Below, one piece after another: positions 20,045 through 30,744 of a stretch of 64,000 nt of DNA. The notes under the pieces were generated by a model, which searched no databases, was not told where the DNA came from, and worked only from the letters and a program-made list of their open reading frames with translations. Within the stretch, counting starts at the first letter, position 1. Each line of letters starts with the position of its first letter. The DNA lies in NCBI RefSeq assembly GCF_044324785.1, contig NZ_CP172127.1; one strand, 5' to 3'. The translations under genes were made by a program, and so were the position numbers. Origin of the DNA: Escherichia coli (lineage in GTDB: Bacteria; Pseudomonadota; Gammaproteobacteria; Enterobacterales; Enterobacteriaceae).

Positions 20045-20929
20045 TCAGAACAGACGCTCCCACAGTGTGATCAGCAGGTGGATAATGCGGTCCCGGGCTT
20101 TACGCAGAAGCTGTAACATCCAGGCCGGAAAACTGAAACGGGCAACGGCGACGTCAAAACTTTTCCCGATGGTTTCACCAAAAGTCTGTTGTGCGTGTTT
20201 CTGGGCCTGTTCAGAGCGGTTTTCTCCCCGGATATGTGAATACACCGCGCTGGTTGCCTGTGGTGGCAGTGCGTGGATCATCAGCGACACAAACGCCGGA
20301 AGGTTCCAGCCGACAGGTGCAGCAACGGAGAGTACCGGAAATGATGAAGGGAACAGGGTTGCCACCCGGGCTGTCACCGTCGCCAGTGAGAGCGACTGCT
20401 GACGGGACGGGCATTTTTCTGTGGCATTCCATTCTTCAGCAGGAAACACGCGATCGGCATGGCTGAGAACAAACAGAAAACGCGAGGGATCTGCGCCTTC
20501 ATTCAGTAAAAACTGATGCATGGCAATATCAGCAGCATACGCACGTTCATCAGCCCGCAGGATCCAGATAATCAGATCCAGTTCCGGTAGCAGCTGACGA
20601 TAAAGTGTCCGGTATTCCTGATCATGCTGCGGTGTTTCACCAATGCCGGGCAGATCGACCAGCGTCATTCTGCGTTCACCGAACTGCAGGGTAAGACGAT
20701 GAGCCTGGCGGGTGCAGCCGTTCAGAGGATGTGTGGCGCAGATACGGGACTGAAAAATGGCATTACACAGACTGCTTTTGCCTGTTCCGGATTTACCCAT
20801 AATGCCAATCACGGGCTCGTAATGAATAACACTGTGGAGATGTTCAAGGATTTTCTGGCGAATTTCTTCAGGAAGAAACGTCAGATGTGATTTCACTTGT
20901 GCGGAGAGGGAAGAATGGCTGAATGACAT
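20045..20929 (-). CDS. YeeP/YkfA/YfjP-family GTPase
   Basis: P-loop GIMGKSGTGKSS and DLPGIGE G3 motif. Confidence 0.8.
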   Translation of the reverse strand: MSFSHSSLSAQVKSHLTFLPEEIRQKILEHLHSVIHYEPVIGIMGKSGTGKSSLCNAIFQSRICATHPLNGCTRQAHRLTLQFGERRMTLVDLPGIGETPQHDQEYRTLYRQLLPELDLIIWILRADERAYAADIAMHQFLLNEGADPSRFLFVLSHADRVFPAEEWNATEKCPSRQQSLSLATVTARVATLFPSSFPVLSVAAPVGWNLPAFVSLMIHALPPQATSAVYSHIRGENRSEQAQKHAQQTFGETIGKSFDVAVARFSFPAWMLQLLRKARDRIIHLLITLWERLF

Positions 20930-21034
20930 ACCGTTATCCTGTTGATTTCGCTGAACCGGATCACACTAATCCGGCTTATCATTCAGGTAATATGGACGTG
21001 AAAAAATCTGGAGTGACAGAGTGCGGGAGGTGAG

Positions 21035-21997
21035 ATGACGGCACAACAAAGTGATGCGCTGCGTGAGATTGCTAATAAGGCCAGAGTTACCACCATTCTT
21101 CAGTGTAAGGCCTGGAAAGATACCCAGCGAATACTGAAGCGCAGCGGACTCGTGTGCAGAGAACGGTCAGAGCCGTTTGATCCGGAGAAACATTTTGACT
21201 GTTATACGGTGCGTTATCTGTACCTGCTTAACATAATGGCACTTGAGCTAAAGTCAGATACACGGATTAAGGTTGAGGTGGGGCAATGGTATCGCATGAC
21301 GGGTAAACGTTTATCACTTAATGTCCCGCCTTTTATGCTGATCCCGCGTAATATCCGGAGAAAAGTGGACGGATTCAGACAATCCAGACAATCAGAAGAT
21401 GAAGCAACCAAAAATCCGCCTCAACCGTTCACGGGCAGTTTGTATAAGGTTTTGAGCAGGGACAGCGATTCGGCTGAGCTGGACGCCTGGTTTGCTGAAC
21501 CGCCGCTGACACGGCAGGAAGTGTGGGAGGGGAGGCGTGTTACAGATTTTGATCCATGGGCGCTGTCTTCGTTTATTTGCCGTTCAGAATCCCCGACGTT
21601 TGAACTTTTTTACCAGGAATATAAGCGACTGGGATTAAAATCTCTTTTTGTATCAGGGGTAATGTTTGAACAGTTTTTAACAGGGCTAAGTTTCAGAAAA
21701 TATGGGGACTGGGTTGAATCTCAGTTACTGGAATCACTGGGAAATGTGATGTTTTTCATGCTGCTTTATGACATGGAAAATCTGGATAAGTTTATAAAAG
21801 AACTGATGGACATTAATGTTCAAAGTGAAGATTCGAAGGAAAAAGGGAAATCACGAAAAGAGAGAATGCTGGAGTATATCAACTCATATATCCGCAATGT
21901 TTATGGAAGATTCCTTTGTACGTCAAAAGAAAGGTACGAACAGCATAAACGCAAAAACAGCAGCAAAAAGAAAAACGGTTCTGGTGGAACTCATTAA
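21035..21997 (+). CDS. Hypothetical protein, no recognisable family; basic Lys/Ser-rich C-terminal tail
   Basis: 320-aa ORF; ATG at 21035 preceded by GGGAGG; stop overlaps stop of convergent ORF. Confidence 0.5.
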   Translation: MTAQQSDALREIANKARVTTILQCKAWKDTQRILKRSGLVCRERSEPFDPEKHFDCYTVRYLYLLNIMALELKSDTRIKVEVGQWYRMTGKRLSLNVPPFMLIPRNIRRKVDGFRQSRQSEDEATKNPPQPFTGSLYKVLSRDSDSAELDAWFAEPPLTRQEVWEGRRVTDFDPWALSSFICRSESPTFELFYQEYKRLGLKSLFVSGVMFEQFLTGLSFRKYGDWVESQLLESLGNVMFFMLLYDMENLDKFIKELMDINVQSEDSKEKGKSRKERMLEYINSYIRNVYGRFLCTSKERYEQHKRKNSSKKKNGSGGTH

Positions 21998-22863
21998 CGG
22001 GAATAATCCCCTGCTGTTTTCTGCATAAACAGACGATCAGCTGATAAGATGAGTTTATCCAGCATTTCAGCCTGCGTCAGATTATTCTTTTTTGCCATTT
22101 TCCGGAGTGCATTCCTGGCTTCCGGAGAAATCAGGGCACTTATCTGTACCCGGGAATCGGTTTTCTCATACCGGAACATTTTCTGGTATGAGCACTTCAT
22201 GCGCCTGAGAAAATCATTCTGCTGATAAACTAATTCTTTTAACTTTTGAGGTTCAGTACCGACAGAATAGATTTTCATGAAGACACGGCGCACATAAGCT
22301 ATTATGAACAGACGTGACTCCCCTGAAGCTTTAAATTCTGAAATATCAGGACAGTGACGTTCTTCGTCAGTGCAATGTTTTTGCAGATACGCCCATGCCC
22401 ATTTGATATGTATCCGCCGGGAACCAAGCCATGTCATGGGGTTCACTTTTTCAGCATATGACCATAAAAAATGAACGACATACAAGAAGTCAGATACATT
22501 TTCTGTCCCGGTTAGCCTTATAAGCTCCTGTAGCCATTTTCTCGTCACACGAATCCTTGCCTGATGATTAGCTGGAGCTGCTTCTGTGGCAAACAGTCTG
22601 GCATACAGACAGGAAGTTCCGTAATCTGCATATTGCTCACCTGAGAGTCGGACAATACTGTCAGGAACATGATATATAAACATCCATACCCAGAATGCGG
22701 CTACAGGGTCTTTTTGCACCCACTCCGGAACAACGTCTCTGCCTGCATTATCAGCATTAACAGAAGGTGATTTATCGTTATGTCGGTAATATTCATATTC
22801 CATCCGACTAAAAACATGATCAGATTCATCTGGTGAATGCACAGACATGAACTCCCTGGGCAT
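21994..22863 (-). CDS. Hypothetical protein with C-terminal RHH-like segment
   Basis: 289-aa ORF; C-terminal SPEARNALRKMAKKNNLTQAEMLDKLI; alternative start at Met6 (22848) preceded by AGGGAG. Confidence 0.5.
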   Translation of the reverse strand: MPREFMSVHSPDESDHVFSRMEYEYYRHNDKSPSVNADNAGRDVVPEWVQKDPVAAFWVWMFIYHVPDSIVRLSGEQYADYGTSCLYARLFATEAAPANHQARIRVTRKWLQELIRLTGTENVSDFLYVVHFLWSYAEKVNPMTWLGSRRIHIKWAWAYLQKHCTDEERHCPDISEFKASGESRLFIIAYVRRVFMKIYSVGTEPQKLKELVYQQNDFLRRMKCSYQKMFRYEKTDSRVQISALISPEARNALRKMAKKNNLTQAEMLDKLILSADRLFMQKTAGDYSR

Positions 22864-23810
22864 AAATGCACAACCAACTCTATAGAACTCTTTACCCCCC
22901 CTCTTATCACCTCTGTCAGTAAATTTCGCCTGAATCCCCTTTTATCCATACATCAGAAAAAATGCAATAACGTTCATGGACTCTTTTCTCTGATTTACAT
23001 AAAAACACAGAAAATTACAATGTGATTAATATCGCGTTTTTTTAAAAAATTATATTGACATCATGTTATTTCCTGTAGTTTGCAATAAAAAATTTTCTTA
23101 AAATATTTATATGAATATTTTTGATGCCTCAACATGCTGTCGTTATATAGAGTGTCTTCTCATCATTTATGGTTATTTCTCTCAATGCGCATACGCTCTG
23201 TCAGGGCATGTCTGTAGCTGCCATGATGGGGAATGAGAACTCAGCAAAAGGATTTTGGATGCAGTGAAGTTCTCCCGGAGACGGTTCTTCTGAGGTGGGG
23301 GTGGCATCATATCCTCTTACATAAGATGATGGCGTGCGCGGGAAAGCTTTCTTCTGTACTCAGGTTGTTGTTGGTTATCCCCGGTCGTCATTGTTTTCCT
23401 GACATTAAGATCCTGATTCCAGGATCTATAGCACAGTCGTTTCCTTGTGTGCTGTTATGCTTCTGCTCAGTTCAGAACAATTGCTTCATCCGGCATGGAG
23501 AATTCCGGTGAGTGAGGCAGTAAGAAATGACTGACATGAATGTTATATGTGAAGGGGCCGGAGAGACGTCATAATCAGTATGGCTGTCATTCTGGCTGGA
23601 AAATGCGATCACTTTCCGGGGTAAAAGACAACATGGAAGCTGACGAACGGGATGCTCCGGATGGTCTTTTCAGGGAGGCCTGGGTAAATAATTTCAGAGT
23701 AAATCTGTATGTTTTTTAAACAGTAAAGATCCATGCTGGCCGTGAAAAACTGAAATCAACACTCAGTCTGCATGGATGTCTGAAGATGTTGAGAATGTCG
23801 GGAATGGTAC

Positions 23811-23954
23811 TATACACGTATTTTACTAAGTATTTTTACTAAGCATTTCAGTAAGTGTTATACACGTATTTTCTACTAAGTGTTTTACCAGACATACACG
23901 TATTTTCATAAACACTTCTACAAGTGTTTTCGTTAAGCATTGCTATACACATCC
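23811..23954. repeat. Iteron-like direct repeats in a 1.6 kb AT-rich non-coding region
   Basis: TATACACGTATTTT at 23811 and 23859, ATACACGTATTTT at 23894, degenerate CTATACACATCC at 23943; interspersed ACTAAG and AAGTGTT motifs. Confidence 0.6.
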
Positions 23955-24468
23955 AGTTTAGTAAATCTTTACGTTAACTAAATCAGTTTAATGCTGCTGT
24001 AAAACCTTTCTGTTTAAGCAATCAATCTGCTATTCGATTTTACTGATGTTACGTTTAACCTTTCCTTAGATTTCGAGTTTCGACGTTAGCTTGAGAAAAG
24101 TATCTTTACGTAAAGCCCAGTGAATTAACTCAAATCCGATTGAGGTAACCTGATGCGATTTACTGTGAGTTTGCGATAACACTGTTAAATGGCTTATGGA
24201 TGATTTTGTAACGGCGAGATTGATAAGGTGATTAACTGGCCCTGGTGTTTTTTCTCAGCGTAAGGTGATTATCTTCATCATAAGGCTCTTTTCAGAAAAA
24301 GTGTGATGATTGGTTGTGGTGTTTTGATTCAGATGAGGATCTGCCAATGATTATGATGTATTGTAAGAAATAACGCCTTCAGAATGTTGGAGCATGCACT
24401 TACACAAACTGTTTTTCTAAAATTAAGGGAACAGTTTAAAGAGTATAAACTGTTCATCTTCTTCAGGA

Positions 24469-24999
24469 TTAAGCTACATTGTTGTTATGACTGACAGGAT
24501 TGTTTTCTTCCCCTGACTCTGGGCTTAACAGTCCCTGGCGTTGTAGATATTCACTGACTGACATTCCAGAACTACGGATCCTGTCAGAGATTTTACGAAA
24601 TTGATCCTTCCATTCTGCAGGTAATTTCTTAATTTGTCTGACTTTACAGGCTACACTGTACGGGGTTCGCCCTAGTTTCTCTGCCAGCCAGAAAAGGTGT
24701 TTACCAATTTCATCGTCCGGTACATCCTCCAGAACATCTCGCAATAAACTCTCGTCTGCCTCATTCCATGCCACACCAGCATTTGGGAAACGAGGATCGA
24801 TCTCTCTTTCCTTCTTCTCCTTCTTACTTTGCTCTTTTCGGGATGATACAGATACGACAGAACGTTCTTTTACCGCTGTAATTGCCATAACTGCATTGAG
24901 CAGAGATCTGCGCTCCACATCGTTCAGCATTTTTCCTTCACAGATCAAATCATTCAGGATGTCAATGACTAGATTCAGACTTTCTTCTGTTAGCTTCAT
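24469..24999 (-). CDS. Hypothetical protein, possible DNA-binding (helix-rich, acidic and basic patches)
   Basis: 176-aa ORF; ATG at 24999 with AAGG upstream; 10-bp perfect inverted repeat just 3' of the gene. Confidence 0.5.
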   Translation of the reverse strand: MKLTEESLNLVIDILNDLICEGKMLNDVERRSLLNAVMAITAVKERSVVSVSSRKEQSKKEKKEREIDPRFPNAGVAWNEADESLLRDVLEDVPDDEIGKHLFWLAEKLGRTPYSVACKVRQIKKLPAEWKDQFRKISDRIRSSGMSVSEYLQRQGLLSPESGEENNPVSHNNNVA

Positions 25000-25668
25000 A
25001 TTTCAGACCTTGAAGTATGTAGATAATCAGCACAATTACTAATGTGATAAATATCAGAAGATAATTTACAGGTAAACCGGAAAATACATCTGAAGAATAA
25101 AGGCCTCAGCTTAACGTTTCAGCCAGTTTGTGAGCTGATTGAGGTACGGCGATGACATTAACGGGAATTACTCCCCTATAGCTCTGAGCTTATTTTTCAC
25201 CCTGGCAACATATGGTGGCTACTGCGCATGGTTTTGGAGTAGATATCTTACTACTCGTAGAATTGTGCTTACTGGTCAGGCCAGCGCACAGGCATTCCGT
25301 GCAATCAATAGAACACTGGTTTTTTAGTCTTCCGTTACCCATCAGGATGTTAGTGCAGATTCCGGTGTATTCGATCAGTTGTTCGGCGAATCAGCGATCG
25401 ATCACGATGCGATTTCGTATGTTAGGGATGCTGGTATGATTACTCGCTGAAAAATAATGTGAAAAGGCAGTTTTTCTTTAGACATTTAGCTCATTCATGC
25501 TGTTGTTTTACGTTTTGCTGTCGTGTGCAGGATTATCTTTTCGTTACGGGACGATTCATTCCGTTTTAATCAGGAGCTATTGGCGTTGCTCATTGGTGGG
25601 ATGCCGTAAAGTTTTACCGCGGCGATTAATGATGTGAAGTCAATCCAAATCAACGGAGATCTCTCATC

Positions 25669-26400
25669 ATGAATCAACCAATACACAATGATTACTGGTT
25701 ATCCCGTTTTGAAAGTATTCTCAACAGTGCCCTGGTGCAACACCGTGCCGTCTCGTTAATCCGGGTGGATTTACGTTTCCCTGAGCATATGCCTGTCACC
25801 ATCATGGATCCCGATCCGGATTCAGCGGTGATTTCTCGTTTTTTCGAATCCCTGAAAGCCAAAATTCAGGCTTACCAGCGGAAAAAACGACGTACCAACA
25901 AGCGTGTGCGTGCAACCACCCTGCATTATTTCTGGTGTCGGGAGTTTGGCAAGGAAAAAGGCAGGAAACATTATCACGTGATATTACTGCTCAACAAAGA
26001 TACCTGGTGCTCGCCAGGGGATTTCACCGTTCCTTCTTCGCTGGCGACGCTGATCCAACTGGCATGGTGTAGCGCTCTGCATCTTGAGCCCTGGCAGGGT
26101 AATGGACTGGTTCATTTTTCCAGGCGGACGCCTTTCCGTAAACCGGCATCATCTGATGCTCGCCCTTCTTCCGATGATACGCCTTTGTCGGGTGGATGTT
26201 CTGAAACCAGGAAGGCTTCAGACAAAAAGCCGGGTGAAGCCGCTGTTCTCTGGATCAAGCGTGGTGATGTGGAAGCGATGCAGAAAGCCATGGAGAGAGC
26301 CCGTTATCTCGTGAAGTATGAGACGAAGCAGCATGACGGTTCTGGTCAACGTAATTATGGTTGCAGCCGTGGAGCGGGGCGTCTACTGGATGGCAGGTGA
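25669..26400 (+). CDS. Gp2/YagK-like family paralog (HYHV motif)
   Basis: 243-aa ORF; RKHYHVILLLNKDTWCSPGD; ACGGAGAT upstream of ATG. Confidence 0.5.
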   Translation: MNQPIHNDYWLSRFESILNSALVQHRAVSLIRVDLRFPEHMPVTIMDPDPDSAVISRFFESLKAKIQAYQRKKRRTNKRVRATTLHYFWCREFGKEKGRKHYHVILLLNKDTWCSPGDFTVPSSLATLIQLAWCSALHLEPWQGNGLVHFSRRTPFRKPASSDARPSSDDTPLSGGCSETRKASDKKPGEAAVLWIKRGDVEAMQKAMERARYLVKYETKQHDGSGQRNYGCSRGAGRLLDGR

Positions 26401-26726
26401 ACCCTGTAAAAAGGCATCCGGTGCCAGAGTATATGTCACAGTAAGGGCGTGGTTGACGCCCTTAGCTCGTTTTCTGAAAAAGTCGTCCTGAAGTCATGCA
26501 ATGTTTCCTGGTTTTCATGCATCCATCATTTGTCGCTGCGATGCCAGACTTCTGGATGCACACATGTTGTTTTACTTTTGTCAGCATCATAAATGCGCCG
26601 GGACTGGTGAATGGAGATAAGCCATTTTATTATCGACGTCAGCGAACATACTCACCATGCCGGTATGTTCCTGAACTGAACAATAAGTTTTGCGCTGATT
26701 ACAGTATGTGAAGGAGGTCCGTTACA

Positions 26727-28331
26727 ATGAATTCCGCTTATATGCAATCCTTGCAGACATCCCACCACTTCCCAGCTGATTTAACCTACAGATTATTTCC
26801 TAGTGAGCTTGCATATCTCATTGACGACTTATATGAAAGTACCCAACTTCCGCTGGAGCTCATTTTTAATACTGTACTGGCAACGCTCTCACTCTCCTGT
26901 CAGTCACTGGTTGACGTTGTTCATCCTCACACCAACATGCCGGAACCCTGCTCACTTTATCTGTTGGCAATCGCAGAGCCAGGCGCGGGAAAAACAACGA
27001 TAAACAGACTGGTGATGAACCCCTGTTACGAATTTGCCGATCGACTCATTCAACAATACGAAGAGAGAAACAAAGATTATAAGACTGAACTACAGATCTG
27101 GAATACCCGGCAGAAAGCGCTTGCTGCCAATTTAAGAAAGGCTGTTAACCGGGGGTATCCGGGGGAACAGGAAGAAGAGGCGCTGCGTAATCACGAAAGA
27201 AATAAACCGACACGTCCGGTTCGACCGAATTTTATCTATGAAGATGTTTCGCTTAAAGCGCTTGTGGAAGGGCTCAATGAACATCCTGAGGCAGGGGTTA
27301 TTTCTGACGAGGCGGTCACTTTTTTCAGAAGCTATCTGAAAAATTATCCGGGCCTGTTGAATAAAGCATGGAGTGGACAACCGTTTGATTTTGGACGGGC
27401 TGACGAGAAATACCATATCACGCCACGTCTGACATTTTCGTTAATGTCCCAGCCGGATGTCTTTACGAATTATATAAATAAAAATGACGTACTGGCGTGG
27501 GGAAGCGGATTTCTTTCCCGGTTTCTGTTCAGTCAGACCGGAAGTCCTTCCCGGGTACGGGATTATACGAGAGGCGAGTTCAGAACAAAACCAACCCTGG
27601 AGAAGTTTCATAAAAAGATTAACGGATTTCTGTTAAGCCATAACATTAATTCCCCCGGTATGAGCACCGAAAGGAAAACATTAAAACTTGCAAAGAAAGC
27701 GTTGGGGGAGTGGCAGGAAAACCAGATTAAGATTGAAAGAAAAGCGCTTGCAGGAGGGGAGTGGGAACACATCAGAGATATTGTTCTGAAAGCAGGTTCT
27801 AATATACTGAGGATAGCTGGAATATTCACCTGCTATTGCTATAAAGATGCTGAGGAAATTGAATCAATTGCGCTTTTTAAAGCTATGCATCTCATGGACT
27901 GGTATCTGGAGGAGGCGAGCACAATATTTTATCCCATGTCTGCACGATGCCAGTTTGAACAGGATGCCTGTGAACTGTATGCATGGATTATGACCCGAAT
28001 AAGGCAGAATAATTGGCGTGCTATCAGGAAAACAGACATTGAAAGATATGGTCCCAATCGTCTGAGAAGAGCAGAAAAACTTACACCTGTACTCAATCAG
28101 TTAATCGCTCAAAATTATTTCCGTATCATCAAGATGCGATCGCATCAGGCACTTTATGTTTCTGCTCTTGATAATAATGGTTACATCCTTCCTTTCGGCG
28201 CAATGTCTTACGAACCGTTTGATATTGTTCCACCCCAGTATAACCATAATGCGAAAACATATTCCGTTGTTATTCCACCGGCATTAATTCAGTCATTTAC
28301 ACCTGATTCCTCAGCTTACACCTTATTTTAA
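26727..28331 (+). CDS. YfjI-like P-loop protein (DUF3987-like), putative NTPase
   Basis: 534-aa ORF; Walker A AEPGAGKTT; strong SD GAAGGAGG. Confidence 0.6.
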   Translation: MNSAYMQSLQTSHHFPADLTYRLFPSELAYLIDDLYESTQLPLELIFNTVLATLSLSCQSLVDVVHPHTNMPEPCSLYLLAIAEPGAGKTTINRLVMNPCYEFADRLIQQYEERNKDYKTELQIWNTRQKALAANLRKAVNRGYPGEQEEEALRNHERNKPTRPVRPNFIYEDVSLKALVEGLNEHPEAGVISDEAVTFFRSYLKNYPGLLNKAWSGQPFDFGRADEKYHITPRLTFSLMSQPDVFTNYINKNDVLAWGSGFLSRFLFSQTGSPSRVRDYTRGEFRTKPTLEKFHKKINGFLLSHNINSPGMSTERKTLKLAKKALGEWQENQIKIERKALAGGEWEHIRDIVLKAGSNILRIAGIFTCYCYKDAEEIESIALFKAMHLMDWYLEEASTIFYPMSARCQFEQDACELYAWIMTRIRQNNWRAIRKTDIERYGPNRLRRAEKLTPVLNQLIAQNYFRIIKMRSHQALYVSALDNNGYILPFGAMSYEPFDIVPPQYNHNAKTYSVVIPPALIQSFTPDSSAYTLF

Positions 28332-28930
28332 AACAATTTTGTGAGTAGAAAACGAAAATCATAATCCTTCGAATGAAGGTTGATGATAAGGTGTGTTGCA
28401 TATCCTGCACCTGTGCAAATATTCACCAATTATTGGGTGTGAATGAAAATTTCTCTGAAAAAATCGCTATGGTAGCAACAGTAGCAGCACATACACTACA
28501 TCTGTGATTTGGTTTTGTTTTCATAATGACCTGCTGTCAGAGCTGATTGAATGCTGGGATGTGCGCACTGGTGGAAGAGTGGTTTTCGTTTCAGATATAA
28601 CGAAAGGCAATCGAAAGATTGTTTTAAACATGGATTAAAGCTAATCATTAACCATATTGTGTGAGTTTTTATATATAAGTTTGTTTGATTCTTGCCGTGA
28701 TGAGTGCTGGGGTATATGACGATGTCGCTCTCTTTCTGAATAACAAATTATTATTCGTCTGTTACTGATAAGGGATGCGATTCATGTTTTAATAGATGGT
28801 TGAAGAAAATTAATTTGATATTTTTTTTGTAAGGGAATGGAACTGTCCGGAATATGTTCAGAACGGCGGATTTCTCATTTCCATTCATTAAACATGGATA
28901 ATTTTAATTTAGGTTTATTACTATTATTAT

Positions 28931-29047
28931 ACTCACTCCCTTTTTGATATAATCTCTATTGTTATTTACTTCCTGTCTTTACTCACTCCCTTTTTCATAC
29001 AATCTCTATTGTTATTTACTTCCTGTCTTTACTCACTCTCTATCTTT
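28931..29047. repeat. Tandem 50-bp direct repeat: two copies plus a partial third
   Basis: 28931-28980 and 28981-29030 differ at 2 positions; partial third copy ACTCACTCTCTATCTTT. Confidence 0.7.
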
Positions 29048-29920
29048 ACGATTATATTCACTCTATCGTTACACATTCCATTAGTATTACTCTTGTTATC
29101 GTATTCATTCCATCCCTCAATCATATTTACTGTAACTCATATGATGTTCAGGTAAGTTATTCTCTACCATTCTACTGATGATATTCATCTGTTCTCATTT
29201 TCACTGAAACAGCAATTAATTTTAATCTTATCCATCATGAGCTGTATTTTCTTAACAATGGTTGTTTATCTGAAGTGTTTTAACTATTCTGATGAACATC
29301 AATTCTTTTGTCATTACTGATTAACCGAATGTTTACTTTTTGATAAGGTATCCATGATTCTGTAACGATTAACAGAGCTGGATAAACAATGGAATTGACA
29401 GGAGAGATTCCTGATTATGTTTGTTCTGGGTTGTATTATCTAAGATGCAGGATGAAAATCATGTCAGTGGTATTTTTTATTCTGCTATCGTGAGCCGTGA
29501 ATGTTCATGTCCTTAAGAACAGATTGAATGAGCGCATATAAGTTTATTGCATTGGCCTTGTACACAGTTTTTACAACCACTGAGAGCAAGTTTGTAGTTT
29601 ATGATGTGATTGGTCGCAATATGTTTCTTAACCTTCTGGACGTGGTGTTTTATCGCGTATTTACAGTATTTCGTGATGTTTTATTGAGTCTGTATTTTCT
29701 TTACTCCTCGTTTATCTCATCTCTTTAGCTAATACCATCAGATAATCCATTTCTTTCTGCATAATGCTGCGTATCGTTAATAACCCGTCGTATCCATTCT
29801 GCTACAGCATGCCTGATAAATACCATCTGTAAGTTATTACCGTTTTAGATCTGATTATGAGCGAAAGCATTAATTCGTTCACAGAGCTTAAAACATCATT
29901 AACTTTCAGGAGTCATCAAC

Positions 29921-30487
29921 ATGCCTAAATCTTACACACCAAACTGGTTTTTTACCGCTTTACTTGACAATCACATCAATCAAATGATGGCACGCTATTC
30001 CTGCCTGCGGGCCTTACGGATGGATTTCTTCTACAGGAAAGATACGCCTGATTTCTTACAACCTGATCATCGCTGGCTTGAATTGCAGTTGCGTATGCTG
30101 CTGGAGCAGGTGGAACAATTTGAAAATATCGTTGGTTTCTTCTGGGTGATTGAATGGACGGCTGATCATGGTTTTCATGCGCATGTGGTTTTCTGGATCG
30201 ATCGTCAGAGGGTTAAAAAAATATATCCCTTTGCGGAGCGGATAGCGGAATGCTGGCGGTCTATTACGCATAACAGCGGTTCGGCACACCGCTGTACATA
30301 TCAGCCGCATTATACATACAACATCAACATTCCTGTGCGCCACAACGATCCTGAAAGCATCGATAATATTCGCGGTGCCCTGCATTATCTGGCAAAAGAA
30401 GAGCAAAAAGACGGGCTGTGTGCCTACGGCTGCAATGAAGTTCCTGAACGTCCTGCTGCAGGGCGTCCTCGTAAGCCTCACTTCTGA
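29921..30487 (+). CDS. YagK/YfjJ-family protein (inovirus Gp2-like)
   Basis: 188-aa ORF; HGFHAHVVFWIDRQ H-x-H motif; paralog of ORF at 798. Confidence 0.65.
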   Translation: MPKSYTPNWFFTALLDNHINQMMARYSCLRALRMDFFYRKDTPDFLQPDHRWLELQLRMLLEQVEQFENIVGFFWVIEWTADHGFHAHVVFWIDRQRVKKIYPFAERIAECWRSITHNSGSAHRCTYQPHYTYNINIPVRHNDPESIDNIRGALHYLAKEEQKDGLCAYGCNEVPERPAAGRPRKPHF

Positions 30488-30744
30488 AGCTTAAATCCTG
30501 AGCTTCCTGTCCTGGAAACACTCCGTCGGTAAAAACTTACCGCCTTGCTTAATGATGTGAACTGAAGTCAACGGAGATCATTCACTCTGAACCACATCCG
30601 GTGTTCTGTCCCTTGTCGGTGACCTGATCTTCCCGTTCTGCCCCGGTTCTTCACTTATTCCATCAACCCCATCCGCAAACCATAACACGTCAGCTTATTC
30701 ACGGGCAGGACGCATTGTGGGCTGCGCATAACGGAGCATATCTT

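Noticed and set aside
29528-29728. 66-aa ORF in the AT-rich intergenic tract
   Set aside because: Low-complexity Phe/Leu/Tyr-rich product typical of a chance frame in AT-rich DNA; no start context.
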